A DNA stretch of 32,000 nucleotides, from NCBI GenBank assembly GCA_025839675.1, contig CP104013.1, positions 1,560,001-1,592,000 on the forward strand, written 5' to 3'. Shown here piece by piece: positions 9,658 through 18,100 of this stretch. This DNA is from Candidatus Lokiarchaeum ossiferum (GTDB lineage: Archaea; Asgardarchaeota; Lokiarchaeia; Sigyniarchaeales; Promethearchaeaceae). Below the pieces are notes generated by a model, which did not search any database, had not been told where the DNA came from, and worked only from the letters and a program-made list of their open reading frames with translations. Numbering within the stretch: position 1 is the first letter of the stretch; every line of letters starts with the position of its first letter. The position numbers and the translations under genes were made by a program.

Positions 9658-10575
9658 ATGAATTTCGAAACGGGTCTCTTTTTAAAAAAAATCCCATATG
9701 CCAAGGCAGGATCAGGGTCAAAAAAGCTGATTATTTTTCCCCCAACCCATCATTTAATGTGGGATGTAAGAGTTGACGCAGAAGAACAAATTAAGGGATA
9801 TAGCAGATTTGTCCCTGAAGGATACACCTTTTATATCTTAGGCTATGATCCAAATCTCCCAAAAATGCATTCGAGTGAATCCATTGCAGCAGATTTTGCT
9901 GAAATTATCAAAAATAATATTGGGCCAGCAACAATCATGGCAGTTTCATACGGAGGTTCCATCGCATTCCCCTTTGCAGCAACTTATCCCGAATTAGTTG
10001 AAAAATTAATATTAATAGTGACCGCCTATGGAACTTCAGGTCCGGGAACCGAATTTGCCGAACAATTAGTGAAATTAGCAAAGGAAGGGAAAATATTCAC
10101 CTTAGAACGCAAAATTAATGATTTGTATTCTAATACTATCATTCGGAAACTTTTCAAGCTGAAAATGTGGAAAGATTGGGCAAAAAAAGAAAGCACAATG
10201 AACCCTATCTCAACATTCATAAATGCTTACGAACATTTACTTGCCACCTCAGAAGATCGAAGAAAATATCTCTCAAAAATATCAGCCCCCACTCTAATCA
10301 TTGGGGGCACCGCCGATCAATTTGCTTCGGAAGAATATTATAAAACAACTGCCAACCTAATTCTTAATTCTCATTTGGAACTTTTCGAAGGTGAAACACA
10401 CACCGTCATTGTGGAACAATTTTTCGCTGTAAAAAAACTGATTCGCCAATTTTTAGAGGTGGATCAAAATACAATACGTATAATAAAAAATCTTTCCCAG
10501 AAATTAGCAGAAATGATCAAGGAAAATATGAGTATCAGTAAAATTAGCCAAAAACTCAAGCAATTAACATCATAG
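9658..10575 (+). CDS. Alpha/beta-hydrolase fold protein (soluble)
   Basis: Nucleophile-elbow-like MAVSYGGSIAF, acid region IIGGTADQF and His region FEGETHTV, in the canonical Ser-Asp-His order. A TATA-like attttattaaaag lies ~30 nt upstream of the ATG. Confidence 0.8.
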   Translation: MNFETGLFLKKIPYAKAGSGSKKLIIFPPTHHLMWDVRVDAEEQIKGYSRFVPEGYTFYILGYDPNLPKMHSSESIAADFAEIIKNNIGPATIMAVSYGGSIAFPFAATYPELVEKLILIVTAYGTSGPGTEFAEQLVKLAKEGKIFTLERKINDLYSNTIIRKLFKLKMWKDWAKKESTMNPISTFINAYEHLLATSEDRRKYLSKISAPTLIIGGTADQFASEEYYKTTANLILNSHLELFEGETHTVIVEQFFAVKKLIRQFLEVDQNTIRIIKNLSQKLAEMIKENMSISKISQKLKQLTS

Positions 10576-10607
10576 AAAGGAAAGAAGAAAAAAATAATGT
10601 AAAGGGT

Positions 10608-13600
10608 TTAAATTGGACGTGAATTGGCTTGGAAGATAGGATAAATAAAACTTCCGAAGATTTGTGCATAGCCTTCTTGAACAGAAACGATAGCAATTAA
10701 ATCCTTTTCATCCTTCGCTTTTGGACAGAGTACGATTTCTTCCCCATCTCGTGAGACAGCATAAAAATCATTCGCATTCTTCAAGTTTCTAAATTGTATA
10801 TTCCCTAATACTTTCATTTTTTGCACAATTTCTCCGAATGTAGCCATATCCCAACTCGTAGTATATAAAAAGCGAGCAGATTTCTTCATGTAGGCCACTT
10901 GAGATAAGGCTTCCAATATTTTAGGTTCCACCGAAGGAGAGACGATAGTAATAGTGCTTTTTGTCCGGTGCATGGCAGCAATGATTGACTCCAATAAAGA
11001 TTTAGTACCAAATACGTGCCAAGTTGCACTATTTCCAAGAGGTTCTACTTGCATTGCAGCATTTTTTATATCAGTTAAAGCAGTTTCATTTTCTTCTGCA
11101 TTCTCAAACCCGGTGTCAATCGCATTCATGAAATTTAAGGTAAAATCAGCAATTGCATCTTTAGTATCTTGAATGTTGGTTTGGATTGTTTTAGACAAGT
11201 CTTGTTGCAAATGGGTTGCATTCTCTTGATATTCTGCTTTATGCTTCTCTAGCATAGAGTGTAATTTTTCTTCCATGGCACTACATTCAGCGGTGAACAG
11301 ATCTTTTTGACCGGTTAAATCAACATGCTGTTTATCATCCAAAGATGCGATCAGATCTTTGAAAGTTTGAATGTGAGTATCAATTTCTTGTTGTTGTTTT
11401 GTATTAATTTCATCAATTTCTTGGCGGAATAAAGTTATTTGATCATCGAGTTTCTGATGTTGGAACTCATTCATTGCTTGAGTTTCAGTTTTGAAGAGAG
11501 AAATTTGCTCATCTACTTTTTGGTGAACAAATTCATCCATATCCTTTATTTCTCCTTTGATTAAATTGATTTCACCATTGATCTTATCGGAAATATTGGT
11601 TTTGCAGTTGCGAAAATCATCACTTGTGCTACGAATTAATTCATCAAAAATTCTGCGTTGTTCAGTTTTGACATCTTTTACATCTCGATCGAAATCTGCA
11701 GAATGAAGAGAGTTTTTATCAGTAGTTTTCTTCAAGTGATCATTAATATCGCGAATTTGAGTTGCAATTTCATTGGAAGCATCACCTTTGATCCGGAGAT
11801 GTTCCTTATCCATTGCATCATACCATAATTTAATTTTCTCATTTACGTTGGTATTGCACTCATCGTTATGTCCCAAACCAGTTTGGCGATACTTATTGAT
11901 TGCAAATTCATATTCTTCATGATGAGTATGTAAAGAATTTTCGAGAGAATCTTTTAATTTTATTGTAGTATCTTGACAATGTTTGATGTTATGTTGTAAA
12001 TTACCATTAATCTCTCCCGAGAGATCATTGGCTAAGCCTTCCAATTCTGCTTCGAGTTTTTCTTTTTGATCCCCATCTAATGAGTCCGTTTCAGTTTTGA
12101 ATTCTTGATTTTTCTTTGAAACAAAAGAATCGAGTTCAGATTTGAGTAAATTTGTGGTTTCGCCCGTTTCTTCAATATATTTGGCCGTACTATTTTCAAA
12201 ATTAGATTTCATATTGCCAGATATACTTCCAATTCGGTCTTGAATCTCAGTATAACGATCCAGGAAGTTTTTATGTTTCCCAAATAACAAAGCTTTCCAA
12301 GCACTACCTCGTTTGGCAAGATCTTGAGCCAATTCCGAATATCTATCACTAGTATCCTTTAAATTATCCATTAACTCAACAGTATTCTTTTTGAATTCCA
12401 AAACCTGCCCCGCCAAATCAGCGTGACGAGAATCTAACTTTGCATTAATTTGATCACGTAATTTTCCGCTAGTGGCATCAAAATTGGAGACATGGTTACC
12501 AAGAAGCGAAGAAAATTCGTTTTTCAAAGCTTCTACCACTTTTTTCATTCGTAAAATATATTTATCCAATATTTCTTCCAAATCTGGTTTTAAACCGTCA
12601 GCATGTTCTTTATGATGTTCGACGTGTTCATCTAAATCTTTTTTACATTCAATTTCGAGCTTACTAACACGATCTGCAAAATCTTTCAGAAGATCATCCA
12701 CAATTTTATTAAGAGTAGTTTTCTGATCTTGAATTCCACCATCATATTTTAATTTGAATCCTTCAGAGATTTCTTTGAGCTGAGAATTTAAGCTATCAAC
12801 CATGGTATGCAGGTTTTTTTCAAGGGCTTGAGTTTGAGTGACATGTTGAGCGGAGGTATCAGTCAATTGAGCATTTAATGCGGAATTATCAGAAGTAAAC
12901 TTCTGGGTGTTTGAATCCCAGATTTTTGTGGATTCAGTGTGTCGTGCATTGACCGTGTCTTTAACATTCTTATCATGGGTATCAACATGGGTGTGAAGAT
13001 CGGACTCAAGAGTTTTAGAAGTAGTTTCATAACGATCTCGTCCTGCAAATAGTTTAGTTTGTAAATGCAATTCTAAATCTTTACCTGTTTTTTCAAAGCG
13101 ATCCCGTCCTGCAAATAAATTAGTTTGGATGTTATTTTCAACTTCCTTTGCAGTCAATTCAAAACGATCCCGCGATGTATGGGTTTTCGACTTAACCTCA
13201 TCCGAGAAAGTAGTGCGAGTATTAGTAAACTTATCTCGAGATTCAAATAACTGGTTTTGGACTGTATCCATTAAAGCAATGCTCGTTGTATCCAAACGAG
13301 AACGAGCAGATTCTATAACATTCTTTTTATCGACATCATTAGTATCGCTTTCTTTAAAGAATGCATCAATTTGAGTGGAGACGCTTGTATTTATTGCTTG
13401 AACGCCAGAATTTTCAATATCATCCAAATTTTCAAAACGAGATGATTGATCTGTGAGCACTGAATCTTTAATTTGACTAATTTCTTCCCGAAAAGTAGCA
13501 GATTCTTTATTAAACATCTCCAAATAGGGTTCGAGAGGAATATATCGATCAACAATTCCTGGAATCTTTTTTATGAAATTTAAGCTTTCCAATTTATCAG

Positions 13601-13760
13601 CTATCGTTTGTATCTCGCTGGGTTCTTCTTTTCCTAAAACACCGGCGACTTCTGAAACTGTGAATTGGGGATAACCCAAAAATATTAGGTAGGCCTTAAA
13701 TTCTTCATCAGTTAAGCCATAGCGCCCGTATATTTCTTTTGTGTGTTCTTTAAGAGACAT
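10608..13760 (-). CDS. Giant TrmB-like protein: N-terminal wHTH, ~800-aa polar helical-repeat insert, TrmB-type C-terminal domain
   Basis: N-terminus YGLTDEEFKAYLIFLGYPQFTVSEVAGVLG...LESLNFIKKIPGIVDRYIPLEP matches the TrmB wHTH pattern. The C-terminal ~140 aa (TWHVFGTKSLLESIIAAMHRTKSTITIVSP...) resembles the TrmB C-terminal domain. The middle is rich in D/E/K/T/Q/H and has 22-residue periodic repeats. GAGGT lies 9 nt upstream of the ATG. Confidence 0.7.
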   Translation of the reverse strand: MSLKEHTKEIYGRYGLTDEEFKAYLIFLGYPQFTVSEVAGVLGKEEPSEIQTIADKLESLNFIKKIPGIVDRYIPLEPYLEMFNKESATFREEISQIKDSVLTDQSSRFENLDDIENSGVQAINTSVSTQIDAFFKESDTNDVDKKNVIESARSRLDTTSIALMDTVQNQLFESRDKFTNTRTTFSDEVKSKTHTSRDRFELTAKEVENNIQTNLFAGRDRFEKTGKDLELHLQTKLFAGRDRYETTSKTLESDLHTHVDTHDKNVKDTVNARHTESTKIWDSNTQKFTSDNSALNAQLTDTSAQHVTQTQALEKNLHTMVDSLNSQLKEISEGFKLKYDGGIQDQKTTLNKIVDDLLKDFADRVSKLEIECKKDLDEHVEHHKEHADGLKPDLEEILDKYILRMKKVVEALKNEFSSLLGNHVSNFDATSGKLRDQINAKLDSRHADLAGQVLEFKKNTVELMDNLKDTSDRYSELAQDLAKRGSAWKALLFGKHKNFLDRYTEIQDRIGSISGNMKSNFENSTAKYIEETGETTNLLKSELDSFVSKKNQEFKTETDSLDGDQKEKLEAELEGLANDLSGEINGNLQHNIKHCQDTTIKLKDSLENSLHTHHEEYEFAINKYRQTGLGHNDECNTNVNEKIKLWYDAMDKEHLRIKGDASNEIATQIRDINDHLKKTTDKNSLHSADFDRDVKDVKTEQRRIFDELIRSTSDDFRNCKTNISDKINGEINLIKGEIKDMDEFVHQKVDEQISLFKTETQAMNEFQHQKLDDQITLFRQEIDEINTKQQQEIDTHIQTFKDLIASLDDKQHVDLTGQKDLFTAECSAMEEKLHSMLEKHKAEYQENATHLQQDLSKTIQTNIQDTKDAIADFTLNFMNAIDTGFENAEENETALTDIKNAAMQVEPLGNSATWHVFGTKSLLESIIAAMHRTKSTITIVSPSVEPKILEALSQVAYMKKSARFLYTTSWDMATFGEIVQKMKVLGNIQFRNLKNANDFYAVSRDGEEIVLCPKAKDEKDLIAIVSVQEGYAQIFGSFIYPIFQANSRPI
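11145..11540 (-). repeat. Run of about six 22-residue periodic helical repeats (residues 741-872)
   Basis: MDEFVHQKVDEQISLFKTETQA / MNEFQHQKLDDQITLFRQEIDE / INTKQQQEIDTHIQTFKDLIAS / LDDKQHVDLTGQKDLFTAECSA ... The first two units are clearly homologous; later units keep only the period. Confidence 0.7.
12993..13124 (-). repeat. Tandem 66-nt (22-aa) coding repeat inside the TrmB-like gene
   Basis: NLFAGRDRFEKTGKDLELHLQT / KLFAGRDRYETTSKTLESDLHT. At DNA level cgatc(t/c)cgtcctgcaaata recurs with an offset of exactly 66 nt (13033 and 13099). Confidence 0.85.
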
Positions 13761-13903
13761 AAATTATTACCTCGTACGCGAATAAACATTTCTTGTTTTT
13801 CTTCACTTTAAGATTTTTCCTTGCGCCTAAAAAATTTACCCTAGACGTCTATTTAAAATAAAAAACAATCAAAATTTCCCTCATTTTTCTTTCATTTGAA
13901 TTT

Positions 13904-15205
13904 TTAAAGAGGTTCAAAATAATCCCAAACAGGATTTAAATCGGGATATAATATATTAAGAATAGGTTTGTACATCTCATATTCTGCATCTTTACCAATT
14001 GGAATAATTTCATCAAAGATATCTTCAATTGTCTTATATCCGAAAGTTAAAGCGATCCATTGCTTTTTAGTTAACTGAAATATTGGAAGATTAGTAAAAT
14101 CAATAGAAGTGGGTGAGAGATCAATTTCATTTACTGAAACTATTTCTCGAGTTATACGAAAGAGAAATCGCGAATTTTCAATTTGAAGTAAGAATTTATC
14201 TTGTAGATCAACCATTGTAGAATTTGCTACGCGTTGGCAAAAAGTAGTTTGCATCCATGGTAAAATCACCCCTGGATGAAACAAAATGGCCATATTTTTT
14301 GTATCCAAATTTCGTTCTACAGAACATTTAAATTTCTTTCCCAAAGCGAATACTTCTGTATCTGTTGGATATGTTTTTATTTCTAAAACCAACGAGGGCG
14401 AATTATATTCTTCCAATAAGGCCTGCCACAATAAAAGAAAATCATCTGGATCATTCATTAAAGAATATTGTTCAAAAATGCGAAGATTATTTCCATCATA
14501 ACGCGCAAGCGCATATGCTCGAATATCTCGACCCGAATAGATCGTTGCAAGAATTGCATCATTATTTAGATGTTGTAGTAATTTCTGATGGAAATGGATG
14601 GGATTTCGAATACACCGGATAGGACGTTTGACAAATTGGGTTGATCGATGGCGAACCCAATACATTTCTTCTGAAACGGATTCGGTGAGTTCATGTTCCA
14701 TAAAAAATTCAACATACTTTCCGGTTGAGACCTTTTTTTCCATTAATGTCCGTAATGTGGACTTAGCAGAATATGTCCAGCTAATACGTAAATTCCACTC
14801 ACTAAAGGAAGTTTCATAGCCCAATTTTTGATATAATTCATCTGCTGCGGAATGTAAAACAATTCCATCAAAACCTTCATTTTGAATGGCTGAATGAACA
14901 TGATTTATTAAGTGTTTAGCAATACCTTGATGGCGATATTTAGGGTCTGTTCCTACCCCTGTCATGCATACTAAATGAAGGGGGCAGTACCAAAGCATTA
15001 TATGAAAGGGAATTAATAATAATCCTGCAACAGGTTTATTATCCAAGAAGGCCCCCCAAAAAAATTCTTCTCGTTGGCGAGGCACATAATCAAATTGTTG
15101 GAAAAAATCTTGGCGACATGGATTATCAGGATCTTTAGAAAAACTCCGATTAATACAAAGTTCCACCGCTTCAATCTCATTTGGTTTTACGGGCCGAATT
15201 ACCAA
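13904..15205 (-). CDS. Eis-like GNAT acetyltransferase (GNAT plus extended C-terminal region)
   Basis: 433 aa. Acetyl-CoA motif A YRHQGIAKHLINHV (R/Q-x-x-G-x-A). Length and layout resemble Eis-type enzymes. TTG is the only canonical start after the upstream stop. Confidence 0.7.
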   Translation of the reverse strand: MVIRPVKPNEIEAVELCINRSFSKDPDNPCRQDFFQQFDYVPRQREEFFWGAFLDNKPVAGLLLIPFHIMLWYCPLHLVCMTGVGTDPKYRHQGIAKHLINHVHSAIQNEGFDGIVLHSAADELYQKLGYETSFSEWNLRISWTYSAKSTLRTLMEKKVSTGKYVEFFMEHELTESVSEEMYWVRHRSTQFVKRPIRCIRNPIHFHQKLLQHLNNDAILATIYSGRDIRAYALARYDGNNLRIFEQYSLMNDPDDFLLLWQALLEEYNSPSLVLEIKTYPTDTEVFALGKKFKCSVERNLDTKNMAILFHPGVILPWMQTTFCQRVANSTMVDLQDKFLLQIENSRFLFRITREIVSVNEIDLSPTSIDFTNLPIFQLTKKQWIALTFGYKTIEDIFDEIIPIGKDAEYEMYKPILNILYPDLNPVWDYFEPL

Positions 15206-15402
15206 ATTATTGAGTATCGAATCATTTCCCAGTGTTTTCTCATCCTCTTTTATAATATCTGTTTAAATCAATTCTTTTAAACTTAAAAAAGAGATGTAAA
15301 TGTAAATTTCATCAAAGAGAAGAGGCATTAGAAAAACTAAAATTAATGAAAGATGGAAAATTCATCAATGTAAGTTACAACCAATTTTCTGGGTGATGGT
15401 AC

Positions 15403-17274
15403 TTGGCAAAAAAAGTAATCGCAAAAAAGAATAAAACACCACAACCAAAGGAAACAAAAAAAAAAGACACTCCTTTTGATGAATCTACAAAAAAAATTCG
15501 TGCTCCTATTATCACTGTGTTGGGACATATTGATCATGGAAAAACATCTCTTTTAGATTATATTCGAGGAACAGTTGTACAAAAACGAGAAGCGGCAGGA
15601 ATAACTCAACATATCGGCGCATCCTTCTTTCCTATGGACAGAATTTTAGATTTTTGCAAGGCGCCCCAATCATTGCGAGATAAAATCACACTCCCCGGGT
15701 TTTTAGTTATTGACACTCCAGGTCATACTGCATTTATGAATCTTAGGAAACGAGGAGGAGCTGTGGCAGATGCGGCAATATTAGTCATTGAAATGCCTAC
15801 CGGGCCGCTTCAAACCACATGGGAATCCGTTAGGATCCTCCGTGATCGCAAAGTTCCTTTCATCTTAGCCGCCAACAAAATCGATCGTATTGATGGATGG
15901 AAATCCATTAAAGATGCGGATTTTCTTGAGACTTATAATAAACAAAATCCATTCACTAAAGAATTACTTGATAAATACATCTATGAAACCATTGGTTTGT
16001 TCTATGAAGAAGGATTCCCCGGAATAGAACGGTATGACCGAATATCCGATTTTACACAAAATTTGGCCATTGTTCCAACCAGTGCACTTACAGGAGAAGG
16101 TGTTCCCACCATTTTGATTGTGTTGCTCGGAATTATTCAACAATACCTACAAAAAAAAATAAAGTATACGGATGGTCCCGCCCAAGGGGTTGTTTTGGAA
16201 GTGAAAAAGGAAGTTGGGTACGGCATTACCTTAGATACAATTATCTTTGATGGACATCTTCGAAAAGGTCAGAAGATCGTCGTTGGAGGACTAAATGGCC
16301 CAATTGTTTCTCATGTTCGGGCATTGTTAACCCCTCGAGATATGGATGAAATTCGGGATCCTTCCAAGAAATTTCTACAAAATGATATCATATATGCGGC
16401 ATCAGGTGTAAAAATTTTAGCCCCCGATATCGAAGATGTGGTAGCGGGTGCCCCAATTCATGCAGTTGAATCAGATGAAGAATTAGAAGAAGTCATTGAG
16501 CGTGTTCGAGAAGAATTGGAAGCTATTAATATTGAAACAGATGATGAAGGAATCATTTTAAAGGCCGACACACTCGGGTCACTTGAAGCGGCAGCAGGAT
16601 TGTTTCGACAAGATAAGGTTCCAATTCGAAAAGCAGCTGTAGGGCCAATTACGAAAAAAGATGTTTCCGATGCAGTAGCAGCTCGCGAGGTAGATGAATT
16701 TTCAGGCCAAATTTGCGGATTCAATGTGAAAATTTTACCCGATGCAGAATTAGAAGCAGCCAATCAAGGAATTCGGGTCTTTTCCAGCCCAGTAGTCTAT
16801 CGAGTTGTGGAAGAATATAAAGAATATATGGCACAACGTCGTAGTGATGAAGTCGAACATATCATGAAAGAACTGATTATGCCAGGAAAACTCACGATTA
16901 TGCCTCAATATATTTTTCGACGATCAAACCCTGTAGTTATTGGAGTAACAGTAGAAGGAGGAAAGATTATCCCTAAAATGCGATTGATCAACCAAAATGG
17001 AAAGGTTATAGGAACCCTCCACTCAATCACAAAGAATAATAAACCTGTTCATGATGCAACGAAGGGAGATGAAGTAGCAATTTCAATCAATGGAGCAGTT
17101 TTAGGACGAAATTTGCTCGAAACAGACACGTTATATATCAAATCTCCCGAAGCACATATTCGACAGCTCCGCACCCGGTTTCGAGATGATATTACCCCCG
17201 ATACATTAGAAATTCTAATCGAATACGTCAAAATTATGCGGAAAGTGGAAAATAATTCCTACTGGGCCGCTTAA
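15403..17274 (+). CDS. infB: Translation initiation factor aIF5B
   Basis: GTPase motifs GHIDHGKTSLLD (G1), DTPGH (G3) and NKID (G4), with archaeal IF5B length and domain order. TTG start preceded by GGGTGATGG. A ~33-aa Lys-rich N-terminal extension precedes the G domain. Confidence 0.95.
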   Translation: MAKKVIAKKNKTPQPKETKKKDTPFDESTKKIRAPIITVLGHIDHGKTSLLDYIRGTVVQKREAAGITQHIGASFFPMDRILDFCKAPQSLRDKITLPGFLVIDTPGHTAFMNLRKRGGAVADAAILVIEMPTGPLQTTWESVRILRDRKVPFILAANKIDRIDGWKSIKDADFLETYNKQNPFTKELLDKYIYETIGLFYEEGFPGIERYDRISDFTQNLAIVPTSALTGEGVPTILIVLLGIIQQYLQKKIKYTDGPAQGVVLEVKKEVGYGITLDTIIFDGHLRKGQKIVVGGLNGPIVSHVRALLTPRDMDEIRDPSKKFLQNDIIYAASGVKILAPDIEDVVAGAPIHAVESDEELEEVIERVREELEAINIETDDEGIILKADTLGSLEAAAGLFRQDKVPIRKAAVGPITKKDVSDAVAAREVDEFSGQICGFNVKILPDAELEAANQGIRVFSSPVVYRVVEEYKEYMAQRRSDEVEHIMKELIMPGKLTIMPQYIFRRSNPVVIGVTVEGGKIIPKMRLINQNGKVIGTLHSITKNNKPVHDATKGDEVAISINGAVLGRNLLETDTLYIKSPEAHIRQLRTRFRDDITPDTLEILIEYVKIMRKVENNSYWAA

Positions 17275-17311
17275 GCGCAATAATTTAAGATTCATTTTTT
17301 AAAAACATAAA

Positions 17312-17319
17312 TTTTTTTT
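17312..17319 (+). terminator. Oligo-T tracts downstream of infB
   Basis: A T6 run at 17295-17300 and a T8 run at 17312-17319 lie within 45 nt of the stop. Confidence 0.4.
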
Positions 17320-17412
17320 AATTTGTTGTATTTTAACACCTACTCTTGTTCGAAAAGTCTTGAAAAAGACTAACCCAAATTTGAGAATTAAATTTGCGGT
17401 GAACTTGGTCCG

Positions 17413-17434
17413 GGTACATTGTTAAACAATGACC
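17413..17434 (+). promoter_or_regulatory. Hairpin in the rps6e leader, just upstream of the GGAG SD-like motif
   Basis: ggtacattgttaaacaatgacc folds as a 9-bp stem with one bulged A and a 3-nt loop. It sits in an otherwise AT-rich spacer, 24 nt before the ATG. Confidence 0.35.
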
Positions 17435-17457
17435 TGACTGCTGGAGTATGATTTATT

Positions 17458-17877
17458 ATGGCCGATGAAGGACAATTTAAAATTAATGTGTCTGCTGGTA
17501 AAGACGCACCCGAAGAATTTCGGGGACAAACAAAAGTCATCACCTTAGAAGAAAACAAGTTTACACTTGTTGGCAAGATAGTAGGCGAAACATTTAATGG
17601 AGCTTTAATTGGATTACCGGGTTATGAATTAAAAATAACCGGGGGAAGCGATCGAGGCGGAATTCCAATTCGAAAAGATGTACACGGTCCTACTAAAAAG
17701 CGAATTTTACTTTCCAAAGGTCCATGTTACGTGCCGAAAAAGCATGGAGAAAAACGCCGAAAAATTGTGCGTGGAAATGAAATTACCGATGATATGACTC
17801 AAGTCAATACGATTGTTGTGAAATATGGTAAAGAAAAACTCTTCAAAGCGAAAGGCGAAGAAGAGAAAGCAGAGTAA
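17458..17877 (+). CDS. rps6e: 30S ribosomal protein S6e
   Basis: ITGGSDRGGIPIRKDVHGPTKKRILLS is the S6e signature region. 139 aa. Confidence 0.95.
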   Translation: MADEGQFKINVSAGKDAPEEFRGQTKVITLEENKFTLVGKIVGETFNGALIGLPGYELKITGGSDRGGIPIRKDVHGPTKKRILLSKGPCYVPKKHGEKRRKIVRGNEITDDMTQVNTIVVKYGKEKLFKAKGEEEKAE

Positions 17878-17889
17878 GGTGAATAACAA

Positions 17890-18072
17890 ATGGTCAAAGT
17901 CTTAAAATGCTCATATTGTGGCGAAGAAATTCCTCCTGGTACAGGAACCACATTTGTCAAAAACGATGGGTCAATCTTCCAATTTTGCACCCCTAAATGT
18001 CGAAAAATGAAATTGAAATTCAAAAAACCTGCCCGAAAAGTCCGTTGGACAAAATATTTCGGACAAAAATAA
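17890..18072 (+). CDS. rpl24e: 50S ribosomal protein L24e
   Basis: CSYCGEEIPPGTGTTFVKNDGSIFQFCTPKCRK zinc-ribbon signature. AAGGTGA lies 8 nt upstream of the ATG. Confidence 0.95.
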   Translation: MVKVLKCSYCGEEIPPGTGTTFVKNDGSIFQFCTPKCRKMKLKFKKPARKVRWTKYFGQK

Positions 18073-18088
18073 GATTTTCAAAAATATC

Positions 18089-18100
18089 TTTTCTTTTTTT
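18089..18100 (+). terminator. T-rich tract after rpl24e
   Basis: ttttcttttttt lies 17 nt after the stop, in the convergent spacer shared with rps28e. Confidence 0.45.

Noticed and set aside
16458-16763. 101-aa Ser/Ala-rich ORF antisense to infB, and similar antisense or alternate-frame ORFs in the track (2012-2230, 2159-2341, 2683-3033, 4501-4821, 6073-6270, 6756-7070, 8015-8200, 8408-8650, 10026-10220, 10954-11172, 13129-13374, 14286-14819, 15074-15280, 15343-15537, 17049-17231, 17388-17576, 17707-18023, 18394-18618, 18633-19119, 19932-20114, 21706-21900, 25117-25377, 27537-27797, 28233-28418, 29965-30273, 30713-30943, 31786-31977).
   Set aside because: All of them overlap a longer ORF with recognisable domains or coherent membrane topology. 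Their translations are low-complexity mirror images of the real frame and have no motifs.
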